Source of the DNA: a virus
DNA length: 64,000 bases
Strand: one strand, 5' to 3'
Virus record (IMG/VR): IMGVR_UViG_3300022752_000023
Span: 1-64,000 of that record
In this document: in pieces, positions 9,605-19,738 of the stretch
Layout: every line of letters begins with the position of its first letter
How positions within the stretch are numbered: the stretch's first letter is position 1
Made by a program: the position numbers and the translations under genes
The notes under the pieces: generated by a model
Told to the model about the DNA's origin: nothing
Seen by the model: only the letters and a program-made list of their open reading frames with translations
Database searches by the model: none

Positions 9605-10246
9605 TCAGTCTCTCATGTCTAGCGGGTCTTTACCGTTAAACCCGGCCATCAGACCAGCCTTGTATATGCTCGGCGGGATAAGATGTGGGTGCGCTGTACT
9701 GATTCGGCGGGCAACAGCCGGCCCGTTGAACTGCGGCTCTACATACACAACAAACTTGTTCGACATAACACCCGCGACGTGCACTTCTAGCGTCTGGCCA
9801 GTGCGTGACGTCGGGTCCGGTATCAGAACAGTCTGCATAAACGAACTAGCAAAAACATGTGTGCGCTGATTTGAGTATGCGATACCGCCAAGAAACTCGA
9901 AGCACTCTTCTTTTCGCCGGTGATCAATGCAGTACAGCCGCTTGTCCCAGTTAACCGCCCGCGGTCTGTTAGGCGCTGGCATAACACCAAACCCAGAAAA
10001 AAATCTTTCTTTGTCCCGCGCAAGATCGACAAAGAACGGCCGTAGATCTTTTGACTCTGCCGGAAAACGCGCGTCAAACTCTACTACCGGGTCGCGATCA
10101 AAGCCGCCGTGTGTGAACAACAACGCGGCCGTAAACAAAACAAGCGGATGCTCGCGGCGGCTAAAAGCGTCTGCGCACGACAACGGCGCAATTGAGTCGG
10201 CGCCGATAACTTCGTCAATTTGAACAAACGTGTCCGGCCGTTTCAT
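9605..10246 (-). CDS. Hypothetical protein
   Basis: ORF track. Confidence 0.75.
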   Translation of the reverse strand: MKRPDTFVQIDEVIGADSIAPLSCADAFSRREHPLVLFTAALLFTHGGFDRDPVVEFDARFPAESKDLRPFFVDLARDKERFFSGFGVMPAPNRPRAVNWDKRLYCIDHRRKEECFEFLGGIAYSNQRTHVFASSFMQTVLIPDPTSRTGQTLEVHVAGVMSNKFVVYVEPQFNGPAVARRISTAHPHLIPPSIYKAGLMAGFNGKDPLDMRD

Positions 10247-10252
10247 TCGGCA

Positions 10253-10894
10253 TCACTGTTTTTTTGCGTTCGTTAGGCCGGCATTTGTCGTCTGAATCAA
10301 CAGCAGTAAAACAAACGCTGCGTCCACCACATTGTCAATACCGGTGGATTTATATTTCGCGGAGTCAAAGGCAGCGCCGAGCGATTTATTTGCCGCAACA
10401 ATCATATCTTCTTTGCTGGCCTTGCCGTTTCCAGTTGCAAATTTTTTGATCGTGCTGATGGCGAAACCGCTTGATATCAAATCCGCTTCTTCAGCCCACG
10501 TCGCCACCGTGACCTTCATGCCGCCCAGTACTTCTGAGGCCGTAGCGACGCGGGACAAGACCGCGGGTATACCAAACTTTTTGTTAACAAAGAACTCCCG
10601 CGGGGGTGTGTATTTTACGTCTTCATAACCAATGACGTCAGGCGCAGCTGTATTCAAAAACGCGCGCAACCGCACAAAACGCGCGGCCCCAGATTCGAGC
10701 CCCTGCACGGACAGGTCCCACTGAAACAGCTGCAACTTCTCCTGCAGCATCTTCTTGCCCGGAACGAAGTCGTATACGGCGACCCCGCAATTGCTGCCTA
10801 AGTCAAGACCAAGGAACCTAATCGCGTCAGCCGGCTTTTTATCCAGCTTTGCCCCAAACTGCTTGGGGTCCTTGTACATCCTGTACTTAGGCAC
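10253..10894 (-). CDS. ruvC: RuvC-like Holliday junction resolvase
   Basis: LGLDLG, YED, IKKFATGNGKASKEDM, DNVVDA; catalytic D/E/D/D pattern present. Confidence 0.85.
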   Translation of the reverse strand: MPKYRMYKDPKQFGAKLDKKPADAIRFLGLDLGSNCGVAVYDFVPGKKMLQEKLQLFQWDLSVQGLESGAARFVRLRAFLNTAAPDVIGYEDVKYTPPREFFVNKKFGIPAVLSRVATASEVLGGMKVTVATWAEEADLISSGFAISTIKKFATGNGKASKEDMIVAANKSLGAAFDSAKYKSTGIDNVVDAAFVLLLLIQTTNAGLTNAKKQ

Positions 10895-10903
10895 ACAGAT
10901 CTC

Positions 10904-11578
10904 CTACTTCGGGCCGGGGTAATCGGTTTGTGCGTTCGACCAGTTGACGACTCGCTGCCATAACGACGGGCGCTTTTTTTCGCTTTCGGCGCGCGCTTGT
11001 TTACACTCGCTTAGTTTTTCTTGCGCGGTCTGCAACTCCTTATACACCACATTCAGCCGAGTCTGCAATACGTCGTTCACCATTTTAAGCTGCTCGGCCA
11101 TGAAATTGGCATTATACGTCGGCGTACCATTACGAGACGCAAACTCAACGACGGTCGCCGCGAAGCGCGCCATACCAGCCGCTGCCGGAGATTCTTCACC
11201 AATCACGGATACTTCGCGCACGCCTTTAAACCACGCCGCACAGAACACCTCGCCAATAGACGCAAACAGCGCTAGCCGTACTGGATATCTAAACGCAAAA
11301 AAATCGCGCCTGTTCAGTGCCTGATCAAAAGTGCGCACGGGGTCGGCGCCGTTGACAAAGTCTCGTTGTGCCGCGGCGAGCGCTTCTGCGATTTTGACAA
11401 TCTCGTCCTGCGAGATGTTGTTTTCTTCGTACCACTTTAGCGCGTCATCTGTGCGGGCGGCCGGATCAAGATTTTCAATGGCGCGCACCATCAACGTGGG
11501 TGTTATGTACGCGTAGTCGCGCTCGGGGTTGTACAGGGGCCCGCTGTCACCTTTTTGCCGATAGCCAATGCTGCTCAT
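10904..11578 (-). CDS. Hypothetical protein with C-terminal coiled coil
   Basis: RBS AAAGGA before ATG 11578. Confidence 0.75.
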   Translation of the reverse strand: MSSIGYRQKGDSGPLYNPERDYAYITPTLMVRAIENLDPAARTDDALKWYEENNISQDEIVKIAEALAAAQRDFVNGADPVRTFDQALNRRDFFAFRYPVRLALFASIGEVFCAAWFKGVREVSVIGEESPAAAGMARFAATVVEFASRNGTPTYNANFMAEQLKMVNDVLQTRLNVVYKELQTAQEKLSECKQARAESEKKRPSLWQRVVNWSNAQTDYPGPK

Positions 11579-11588
11579 AAAATCCTTT

Positions 11589-12440
11589 CTATGACGCTGA
11601 TTCAACTTGTCGCGCAGCGGTGTGCCGACAACGGACGCACATTACGCCGGAGTCTCTAGGATCAAAAAACGCGTCTGTTTGACATGCCGGGCAGAACCGC
11701 GTGACATACGTACGCTGATGCGTAGCAAACATGCACTGGTCTGCGCCTAACCAGCAATGAACGCAAGAATGTTCATAACCTTCTGGACACGGTCGTGCGC
11801 GGGTACGGACCTCGATAAGCCCCCGGTTGTCGCGAAGCATACTGCTACTGACGCTGACTTTAGAAAACACGGGCTGCTCGCGACTGCGTTCAGCTTCGAC
11901 ATGCGCGAAAAACAACAAGTTTAAAAAGTGCATAGCCGTTGTGTACGGATAAGCACCCCAAGGAGCGGAAAAGCCGAGCGGCTGAGAAATAGCCCGGCAG
12001 CTGTTCTGGGAGAAGAACGGCGTAATTAACATAGCCGTTGGCGTGCCGCCGACGGCGCGACATTCAAGAATATACCCAGACGTTGTTTTACGTTTGTAAG
12101 GCCGAACGCCCTCAACGCATACCGGCACAAGTTCGTCTTCAAGTTGGCGCGTCCACGGCAAAACAGGTAGCCCGGCTTTAAGCGTCTCGATGTTGCCGGC
12201 TAACCGCCACGCCAACCCGTAGGCGACTTGACGCGTGAGCCGCGTGCCGGCAAGCGCCCGAATAGAATCAAACACGGCCGGCTGAGACACCGACGCCGGC
12301 AGTTCCGCCAGCACGTCGCGATAAATATCGCGCAGCGTCTCTCCGGCCACATTCGCGTCGATATATGGCCGGAGAGCGCGCTCTGCTAGTTTGTCCCGAC
12401 ACTGACGCAGCCGCGTGTAACTAAACGGCGGGCGTTTCAT
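11589..12440 (-). CDS. Hypothetical protein with C-terminal Cys-rich Zn fingers
   Basis: CP...CVHC...C, CPAC, CVRC. Confidence 0.75.
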   Translation of the reverse strand: MKRPPFSYTRLRQCRDKLAERALRPYIDANVAGETLRDIYRDVLAELPASVSQPAVFDSIRALAGTRLTRQVAYGLAWRLAGNIETLKAGLPVLPWTRQLEDELVPVCVEGVRPYKRKTTSGYILECRAVGGTPTAMLITPFFSQNSCRAISQPLGFSAPWGAYPYTTAMHFLNLLFFAHVEAERSREQPVFSKVSVSSSMLRDNRGLIEVRTRARPCPEGYEHSCVHCWLGADQCMFATHQRTYVTRFCPACQTDAFFDPRDSGVMCVRCRHTAARQVESAS

Positions 12441-13071
12441 TGGAGTCCTGCAGCGTTACAGGCCGCGACGGCTCATTGAGCGCCGCGGTCGCGGTGGCCG
12501 CGGTCGCGGTGGCTTCGCCGCCACGAGCGACAACCTTCCGGTCGGGATTATTGGCTTCCCACTGCTGCCGGGCTTTGGTGCACGTTTCCTCGGCGCTTGT
12601 TGCCGTCTCTTTCACCGTCAGTGCTTCCTGCTCCAGCGCCAAGATAATCGTTCCAAGTTCGCTCGATAGCAGGCTGGCGATATCGCCGACACACACAACA
12701 TTTTTGACGTGCGCGACTACCGGCTCGCCTTCCTTGCCCTCCTTAACCGGCCGGAACGAAATGGTAATATCTTCGATTTTGATCGTCTCAGGAATAGGGT
12801 CGCTAAGCGCTTTGCCGTGCAATTCTGTGCCGAGCTGCCGCAGCGCATTAAATCTCGTATACAAATCTTCCATGCGCGCGGCGGCGTCCTTGATAAGCGC
12901 GGACGGATTTACACGTACAGTTTGCGGCTGCGTAGCTGCTGCCTGCAAAGCCTTAGCCAACGAGGAGGCGTCCATTTTGATTGGTACTGTCACGTTTGTT
13001 GTGCCGCCGGTGCTCGTCGCAGACGGTCGGACATCCGTACTAACCGCATCTACAATCGTCGTCTTTGCCAT
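12421..13071 (-). CDS. Hypothetical protein
   Basis: RBS AAGGA before ATG 13071. Confidence 0.75.
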   Translation of the reverse strand: MAKTTIVDAVSTDVRPSATSTGGTTNVTVPIKMDASSLAKALQAAATQPQTVRVNPSALIKDAAARMEDLYTRFNALRQLGTELHGKALSDPIPETIKIEDITISFRPVKEGKEGEPVVAHVKNVVCVGDIASLLSSELGTIILALEQEALTVKETATSAEETCTKARQQWEANNPDRKVVARGGEATATAATATAALNEPSRPVTLQDSNETPAV

Positions 13072-13081
13072 TGTTTCATCC

Positions 13082-13486
13082 TTAAAAAGTCTTAACTGCG
13101 AAACCAAACCAATAACGTAGTCCGCTGTTTAAACCGGTATCGGGATCATACAGCAACTCAACCGGATTTCCAGTCGCCACATAAAAATGATGAACTGGTT
13201 TAGGTAGGTAAACCGCGCAAGATAACCCGATCTGCAGCAGAAACGCCATAGCGAGATCTGCCGCCGGATTTAGATCGTACGAAAAAAGTGGAATACGTAA
13301 ATACTCGTCGTGCTCTGAAAACGCCCATACTGGCTGTTCGCCCGGATTGTGGGGTGCGTCCAAAATATGCCATTTTGAGCCGCCTACCTCCTCTATGGGT
13401 TTTATGAGCGCCGGCTCAAACGGAACACCCTCGGGCCAGCGCTCGCGGGTTTTTTTCATATCTAAACGAGCAACAGAAACTTTCAT
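13082..13486 (-). CDS. Hypothetical protein
   Basis: ATGA-coupled ORF. Confidence 0.7.
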   Translation of the reverse strand: MKVSVARLDMKKTRERWPEGVPFEPALIKPIEEVGGSKWHILDAPHNPGEQPVWAFSEHDEYLRIPLFSYDLNPAADLAMAFLLQIGLSCAVYLPKPVHHFYVATGNPVELLYDPDTGLNSGLRYWFGFAVKTF

Positions 13487-14181
13487 ATTGTCATTGTCCT
13501 CGGCTCGGCGGATTCAACGCCAGAATCATTGACGTTAATTTTCACACCCTCGCGAAAGTGGCAAAAACGAATGTTTTGATGTTTAAACGCCGCACCAAGA
13601 ACGCGCTCGCCATATTTTTGCTGAAAACCAGCCGGCGGAAAATCAAGTTGATACAGCAGCTCAGTTTTAATCGCCCACCAGCCGGCAATCACATACGGTA
13701 AATACGTTTTTTCGTACTCCGGGTTAAACCACGGCTGCTGCTGCATCCACCATAACTGCTCGTCTGGCAGCTTGGCGCGCTCTACTGACCCGACAAGATT
13801 GCAACCGCATACGTGCGTCATTACACGATCGAGCCAATCGTGTACGCCGTCCGTCGGCTCAAGATAAGAGTCATGATCAAACCACATCGTGACGGGCGCC
13901 TGAATCGGCGGCTCATAAAACATACGCCGCATCATCGGATACTTCATCAAGTTCTCAGCGCTATGGAATATTGTCGCTGAGTGGAAGTGATCCGCGATTT
14001 GTTGAACGAGAAACTGTGTCGTGTCTGGCCCCACAGCATTGCAACCGAAACGAAAAGAAACATCTCGGCTGGCCAGCTCGCGCATCGGACCGTTTAAAAC
14101 GCGTTGCGCAAGTTTAAAGTGTTTGTCTTCCGCGCCATAAAACAAAACGCAGATACAAACAGATGCGGCTCCATCCGCCAT
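13483..14181 (-). CDS. GT-A fold (GT2-like) glycosyltransferase-like protein
   Basis: N-terminal SVCICVLFYG strand, WFDHDSY (DxD-like), GWWAIK, GERVLG. Confidence 0.55.
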   Translation of the reverse strand: MADGAASVCICVLFYGAEDKHFKLAQRVLNGPMRELASRDVSFRFGCNAVGPDTTQFLVQQIADHFHSATIFHSAENLMKYPMMRRMFYEPPIQAPVTMWFDHDSYLEPTDGVHDWLDRVMTHVCGCNLVGSVERAKLPDEQLWWMQQQPWFNPEYEKTYLPYVIAGWWAIKTELLYQLDFPPAGFQQKYGERVLGAAFKHQNIRFCHFREGVKINVNDSGVESAEPRTMTI

Positions 14182-14203
14182 ACACGACTCCGTTCAATTA
14201 GAC

Positions 14204-14752
14204 CTACAGCTTTACCGACGCCAGCGATGCCCGGGCCACGGCAACCGGCATGACAACCGGCGGCACGCGCGAACGACCAAGTAGTTTCAGCGCCCGCATC
14301 ACGTTGTGCTGCGAAGGCGGCAAATCTTTCTTGGCGTCTTTAACCATCTTATCGACCAGTTCAAGAAACGTCGTGCGTTCTTTCACAGACGAAAAGTTAA
14401 ACCGGACAGAAAACTGAGTTACTGTCTTGCCGGCGTGTTCGTCGGCAACGTCGCACCGATCCCACGCCGACTTATCGTCGCCACGGGTATACACACAGGC
14501 AATCCGACCAAGAAAGTCATAGACCACAATAACAGCAGACTTCTCGACGTCCCCGATTAAAGAAAAAGCGTGCGGAAACTGCGTTGCCGGAATAAACGGC
14601 AACTTTTCGACAACTTTCTCGTCAAGATCGAGGCGCTGCAGCTGCAAGGGAAATGTGCGATGCCCGTGCTCATCGTCTTTGATAAAGAATTCAGCCTCAA
14701 GCGCGCCAACGCCGGGCTCAATCACAACTGGAACGTTACGTACAGAAAACAT
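14204..14752 (-). CDS. Hypothetical protein
   Basis: AGGAGG RBS. Confidence 0.75.
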   Translation of the reverse strand: MFSVRNVPVVIEPGVGALEAEFFIKDDEHGHRTFPLQLQRLDLDEKVVEKLPFIPATQFPHAFSLIGDVEKSAVIVVYDFLGRIACVYTRGDDKSAWDRCDVADEHAGKTVTQFSVRFNFSSVKERTTFLELVDKMVKDAKKDLPPSQHNVMRALKLLGRSRVPPVVMPVAVARASLASVKL

Positions 14753-14760
14753 AAAACCTC

Positions 14761-15648
14761 CTAACGCGTCATGTCAGACCGGCGACGCGGCGAGGCTTCC
14801 TGCTCTTCCGTATCGTCTTCACTCTCTTCCCGCTTGTTCAGCTCTTCCTGAACCTTTGCGCACATCGCGCGATGATCCGCAACGATGTCAGACATCTTCT
14901 CAAAGTTTTCGATGATCTCAGCAAAATAGCCTTGAACAGTTGCATCGAACTTTGACGGCGCAGCATTCACGATGTCGTCGTAAATGTTGTCGCGCTTTTC
15001 GCTAAGCCATAGCGAATCAGAACGAGAAATCCATCGGCGCTGGTGCTGCAGCAAATCATGTAGCTGCTGCTTGAGCCCCTTTGGCGACTGATGCGTGCGG
15101 CCGCTGCTCTTCTGCTTGCCCCGCATTTCCTGAAGCTCAGTCGCCAGCGTACGTGCTGTGTAAGCCTCCTCCGCGCACTTCTCCTCGACCGCAGCGCGCT
15201 GCTGATCGTCGGGAATCTGCGTGAGCAGCTGTACGTGCGATGTCGTCAGCCGCCACCGCGGGCGATCAGGACAACGCAAGCTGAGCAGGCGGATAATTTC
15301 CGCCTCGCTCGGATACTTCTCAAAGAAGTTCACGGCACCACGCATCTGCTCGACGGTATAAACCGGCGCAAAAATCGACATTAGCAGTGACGCCCCGTCG
15401 ATGTGCTGCGCCTGCTGTTCCGCCGTCAGATAACGCTCTGGATCTCCTTTTACCTCCGAAATAAGCTTGCCAATCCGCCAGTAAGCGCGCAGGCTAGCTT
15501 CCTGCGCGTCACTGAACAAACCGTCGATTTCGGACACGACGTCCTGCAACTCAGGCGTCAAATTCTCCGTAGCTACTAAGAGCGGCGAGTTACGTGACTC
15601 GACCATATCAGCCTGAATCATCGCTGCCGCCTTAGACTTCCTACCCAT
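14761..15648 (-). CDS. DUF1016 N-terminal-like DNA-binding protein without the nuclease domain
   Basis: YWRIGKLI and LTTSHVQLLTQIPDDQQRAAV...YTARTL resemble the YhcG/DUF1016 N-domain. Confidence 0.55.
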   Translation of the reverse strand: MGRKSKAAAMIQADMVESRNSPLLVATENLTPELQDVVSEIDGLFSDAQEASLRAYWRIGKLISEVKGDPERYLTAEQQAQHIDGASLLMSIFAPVYTVEQMRGAVNFFEKYPSEAEIIRLLSLRCPDRPRWRLTTSHVQLLTQIPDDQQRAAVEEKCAEEAYTARTLATELQEMRGKQKSSGRTHQSPKGLKQQLHDLLQHQRRWISRSDSLWLSEKRDNIYDDIVNAAPSKFDATVQGYFAEIIENFEKMSDIVADHRAMCAKVQEELNKREESEDDTEEQEASPRRRSDMTR

Positions 15649-15675
15649 TGAATCTCTCCCTATAAGTGAGGTTAA

Positions 15676-16830
15676 CTATTTTCGCTTTCTGCCTTTTGGG
15701 GCCGGAAGCAGCAATTCAAGCGCGGTGGTTTGCAGTAAATCACGCAGGGTGTGGTAATGCCCGCGTGAACACCGCAACATAGCACAAAACAAGTCGTAGG
15801 CAGTGCGCTGCTTCAGCACTTCTTTTGTGTAAACGTTAATGGCGTCGCGCGGCTCGACGTCCGCACCCACCATTGCCGTATTTCGAATAATCTGCTTGGC
15901 GTCTTCTCGTGTGATCTTGAACTTCATCAAGTACGAGACCCACTTGTCGTTCGCCGCGTCCATCGTGGTTTTGTCTGGCGAAAACTCCATCGACAGCCGC
16001 ATCAGAGCCATTACGCGTGCGGCGACAACGCTCATATCAATACTGCGCTCAGCGACGTTGCCGGCCATAATCGCAGTACGGCCGACCAGATCTGCACCTG
16101 TGTGATTAAGCCGGCCGCCCTTGCCCGCAGGCGACAGCGCGGCGCCAAACTTCGTATACAGGCACGTCGACGCCCGAATAGCGTTTCCGGTGTCTTCCCG
16201 ATTTGAGAAATACCATCCCGACGCAAACGTGTGCCGCGGGTCGGTATAGATATCTGTACGCCGCGTTTTTGGGTCGATGAAATACAGCCGCAGTTCTCGT
16301 CCCAGCAGCTCAGCCCGAAAAAACTCGGCCTGCGGCTGCTTGTCGTACAGTTCGTTGCTGACGGTTTCCATAAAAACGCTGTTATCCAGCATGCGGTGGT
16401 CAAGGCCAAGAAAGCCCTCGACAGAACGCTCGCGGTGGTTTACCAGTAACGTGCGTTCTCGCAACGCATCAAACCTAACACGAAGTGTCGTGTTGTAAAT
16501 ACTGACTGCCGCCGCGATATCTGTCCCACGCGTGGTTGTCCGAACCTGCCGGACGTTTTCGCCGGACAACTCGTTAAACAACTGGGCCAGACCCACTGAC
16601 AGTACCGAAGCCAACGCCCGGAAACCGATAGCGTTAAACCGGTAGCCGTTTTCTACGATGCTCCCGTCGGGCCCCATAATTAGCTGGGACTCTTCGACAA
16701 CAGGGACTGACTCCGTGCTCGCGGAGCGCATCTCTAGAAACCTTCGGCACTCTTCTAGCTGGTTTGCCGCGAACGAGAACGCCGGCACAGGCGCAAATAC
16801 ACTACGCACCGTTGTTGTTGCCGACAACAT
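15676..16830 (-). CDS. DUF932-like phage protein, divergent
   Basis: FLGLDHRMLDN...GWYFSNRE.TG. Confidence 0.5.
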   Translation of the reverse strand: MLSATTTVRSVFAPVPAFSFAANQLEECRRFLEMRSASTESVPVVEESQLIMGPDGSIVENGYRFNAIGFRALASVLSVGLAQLFNELSGENVRQVRTTTRGTDIAAAVSIYNTTLRVRFDALRERTLLVNHRERSVEGFLGLDHRMLDNSVFMETVSNELYDKQPQAEFFRAELLGRELRLYFIDPKTRRTDIYTDPRHTFASGWYFSNREDTGNAIRASTCLYTKFGAALSPAGKGGRLNHTGADLVGRTAIMAGNVAERSIDMSVVAARVMALMRLSMEFSPDKTTMDAANDKWVSYLMKFKITREDAKQIIRNTAMVGADVEPRDAINVYTKEVLKQRTAYDLFCAMLRCSRGHYHTLRDLLQTTALELLLPAPKGRKRK

Positions 16831-16848
16831 TCGGGCCTCCGTGCCGCA

Positions 16849-17409
16849 CTAGTCGTAATACCAGTCTGAACCGATCGCGTTAAAGAGCGTGGTGGTGTGC
16901 TCAACTATAAAGATATTCTTGACAGTTGGCGGAAAACTGCAGATCCACTGAACACGAGGAATGCCGGTGTCGTCTGTTATATGGTTGTGGGCGCACAGCA
17001 TCGTCCGCACCACAGGAAAACACATGATGAACCGACGCTCTGTGTTTACTTCCATTCTGTGCAGATTCTTGGCCACCGCAGCGCACAACCTGTTTTTACC
17101 GTCTTTCGGCAGTTTGAACAGATCAGCCATCGTCAATTCGTGGAGCCGCGGAATACGCCGGCCGCACAAGACGCCCGGAAAGCGGTGAAACTCGGAGTTA
17201 AACCAGCTAAAGTTTAACTTGTCGTGTCCGGTCATATCCCGGCACTCGTTCACCATCTTGCCCCAGCCAGATATCTTAATCCCGCACTCCCGGAACACGC
17301 GCTTGATAATCCGCTCCTCAAACGCGAGCTGGCGCTGAAACCGAATGGCCTCGGCGCCCTGACTGTCCTGATTGAACAGCTCGTTAAAAAAGTTATCGCG
17401 CGGATCCAT
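16849..17409 (-). CDS. Hypothetical protein
   Basis: ORF with start trimmed to MDPRD. Confidence 0.7.
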   Translation of the reverse strand: MDPRDNFFNELFNQDSQGAEAIRFQRQLAFEERIIKRVFRECGIKISGWGKMVNECRDMTGHDKLNFSWFNSEFHRFPGVLCGRRIPRLHELTMADLFKLPKDGKNRLCAAVAKNLHRMEVNTERRFIMCFPVVRTMLCAHNHITDDTGIPRVQWICSFPPTVKNIFIVEHTTTLFNAIGSDWYYD

Positions 17410-17410
17410 G

Positions 17411-17620
17411 TCAGGGCGCCGGATTGTTATCAAAATAGCTGGCAATTGACTCGGGTGGCGGGAGCGGCATCCACAATAGCAATTCTTGTCGCGTAGCCAG
17501 CTCGCCGCCCGTCACCATGAACTGATCGTGCGTGACCGGATCAGCCGCGAGTACTTTTTCGTCGCGGCCGGGCAGCCTGTCGTTTACGTGCGTCCACCTT
17601 CCGAACTTTGGTTCCTTCAT
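17411..17620 (-). CDS. DUF551-like small phage protein
   Basis: W..V.DRLP...VL...WMPLPPP. Confidence 0.7.
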   Translation of the reverse strand: MKEPKFGRWTHVNDRLPGRDEKVLAADPVTHDQFMVTGGELATRQELLLWMPLPPPESIASYFDNNPAP

Positions 17621-17816
17621 GAAGCACCTTTTCTACGTCTTTAAGCAATTCTTCGGCGTTAATGAGTTTGTCACACGCCGATTCACCCGCCGGCACGCAT
17701 TGGTGCGTAGCCAGCACATCTCGCATCACCCACGCCAACCAGTCAACCTCTTCTCGCGTAAACGAGATTGTAATACTGGACGGCGTAAGAGCGTGTTCAA
17801 TTCTTTTCTTTGCCAT
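17541..17816 (-). CDS. Hypothetical protein
   Basis: ORF track. Confidence 0.55.
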   Translation of the reverse strand: MAKKRIEHALTPSSITISFTREEVDWLAWVMRDVLATHQCVPAGESACDKLINAEELLKDVEKVLHEGTKVRKVDARKRQAARPRRKSTRG

Positions 17817-18009
17817 CTGGTGTACTCACATAAATCCGCGCATCAGTGCGAAACTCTCCGCACCAATCATCACGACTGACGATCGGCCAAAAAGTATCTG
17901 GCGTACTTTGATCTGGCCGCGGCGCGTGTCGACGACAATCGCCAAAAGCTAAGTCGTTTGCTTTGTGCTTGTAATACACGCAATCTGCGCAGCAAATATT
18001 AGCCGGCAT
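17797..18009 (-). CDS. Small Cys-rich phage protein
   Basis: C..C.Y...GDCRRHAP...WP.V...DWCGEF. Confidence 0.7.
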   Translation of the reverse strand: MPANICCADCVYYKHKANDLAFGDCRRHAPRPDQSTPDTFWPIVSRDDWCGEFRTDARIYVSTPDGKEKN

Positions 18010-18011
18010 GT

Positions 18012-18368
18012 TTATTCCTCATCTTCTTCTTCATATTTATCCGCGTTGTGTTCTTCGTCATATTCGTCAACGGCTTCCATGAACTCGTCAAAGGTCAAAT
18101 CAGGCGCGTTGACGCACTCCATAAACTGATACACAAACTTGCGCTCGCCCGTCTCGTCGTCAACACGCTCGACAAGGCGATAGTGCATCATGTCGCCGGT
18201 TTCGTGGTCGTAACCGCTTATGATGGTATCGGCTTCGGGAATAGGCACGGGCAGCTTAGATCCGTCTACAGGGCCGCCAAAACACTCGGCAACCTGAAAC
18301 AGTCCTTTTTGCATGCCCATAAGTTCATGCTCAAAAGTCGTATCGTCATCTTCGTTGTCATCGTCCAT
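18012..18368 (-). CDS. Highly acidic hypothetical protein
   Basis: FGGPVDG motif; D/E-rich termini. Confidence 0.7.
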   Translation of the reverse strand: MDDDNEDDDTTFEHELMGMQKGLFQVAECFGGPVDGSKLPVPIPEADTIISGYDHETGDMMHYRLVERVDDETGERKFVYQFMECVNAPDLTFDEFMEAVDEYDEEHNADKYEEEDEE

Positions 18369-19738
18369 TAGTCAACCTGACCTAAAGGATCAAAATCAGA
18401 ACCAACAACCTCTCCCACAGTGCTCGACGCGGCCATAAGCTCGGGCACGTCGGTCATCTGATTCTTCTTCAGCTCTTCCATCACCTGCTCACGATACTTA
18501 CGCGCGGGATCGCATATCGTGTAATCATTTACACCAAGAAGCCCGTGAAGCATGCCGAGAACCTTGGGGTTGTCTTCAAGCATGATTGAAGCTTCGACCT
18601 CAGACACTGCGTCCTGCTTAGAGATACCGAGCGCCTTGGAAAAGACGAGCGGAGTTTCAGCGTTCTTGGTACCGTGCTTGTACTCCAGATCACAAACCTG
18701 CTTGAGCAAGCCCGGCAGCTTCGGATCCATGCCCGGAACCGGCTTACCGTCGCCGGCCTGCAGCTCCATGAGCAGCCGGATCGACGCGGTGTGCCAGTCC
18801 CAGAAATGGAACTGCTGGTTCTTAAACGTCTCGTTACCGTTCTTGTCAACAGCCGGCACGATTTCGTTGTACCAGAGCAAATTAACAACGATCTTGCGCC
18901 CGGGAGCGCCGAGATTGTTCTTAGTTGCTGCGATACGAATCGAAGAACCCTCGTAGCGCGAAGGAATGTTCTTCTGTGACGCTTTTGACATATCAAGAAT
19001 CAACGTCGGGTAATAATCAAGACTCGCGCCGCCGGGGGCGTATTTCTTCGGCGGGCCAAAGCCCATCGAGTTAATCTCTTCCTTCAGGTGATTTGTCGCA
19101 ATAAGCGCGATCGGGTAATGACGCAACGTGGGCACTAACGCCGTCCGCATAAAGTCCGAAAGGTTGCGGGCAAGATACGGATGACCAGCCGCGGCGTGAC
19201 CCTCGTCGGCAACCTTCTCGACGCGCCGATCGACTTCGACAGCCGAGATAGAGTCGATGCCGATACAAATAGGAATAACCCTGTCTGGGGCGTTAGCCGC
19301 GTCGACCTGCTTGTGAATCGCCTGACAGAACTCCATGTAATGCTTCTGCCACTCCTCCACGCTCGCCGCCGTCTTGATCCGAGTGCGCGCGATGTACTGC
19401 TGGTTGTGGCTGAATAGGCCCGACATCATGGTCGGCGAGCCCTTGTTCTCCGTGTCGATCATGATGGCGCCGCCGCCATACATGTGAAACCAGCGCATAA
19501 TCTCGATGAGAAGCGCCGACTTACCGGCGCTGAACTCGCCGCGAAGCTGCGTGAAGCGCGACAGCGGGAAAATGTTAGCCTGCAGCAGATAGCGCGCTGC
19601 AAGCGTGGGAAGCGGCAAGCCGATCAGCGGATCTTGATCTTCCGCCGTCGCCTTGAGCACTTCCGTGATAACCGGATGCTCACCGTTGCGGGCGAACACA
19701 TCAACCGCGTCGTGATCTTCTTTACGTTTGCGACCCAT
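18368..19738 (-). CDS. recA: RecA/UvsX-like recombinase
   Basis: GEFSAGKS Walker A, IDTEN, IDSISA Walker B, TNHLKE, PGGASLDYY, KNNLGAP. Confidence 0.9.
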   Translation of the reverse strand: MGRKRKEDHDAVDVFARNGEHPVITEVLKATAEDQDPLIGLPLPTLAARYLLQANIFPLSRFTQLRGEFSAGKSALLIEIMRWFHMYGGGAIMIDTENKGSPTMMSGLFSHNQQYIARTRIKTAASVEEWQKHYMEFCQAIHKQVDAANAPDRVIPICIGIDSISAVEVDRRVEKVADEGHAAAGHPYLARNLSDFMRTALVPTLRHYPIALIATNHLKEEINSMGFGPPKKYAPGGASLDYYPTLILDMSKASQKNIPSRYEGSSIRIAATKNNLGAPGRKIVVNLLWYNEIVPAVDKNGNETFKNQQFHFWDWHTASIRLLMELQAGDGKPVPGMDPKLPGLLKQVCDLEYKHGTKNAETPLVFSKALGISKQDAVSEVEASIMLEDNPKVLGMLHGLLGVNDYTICDPARKYREQVMEELKKNQMTDVPELMAASSTVGEVVGSDFDPLGQVD

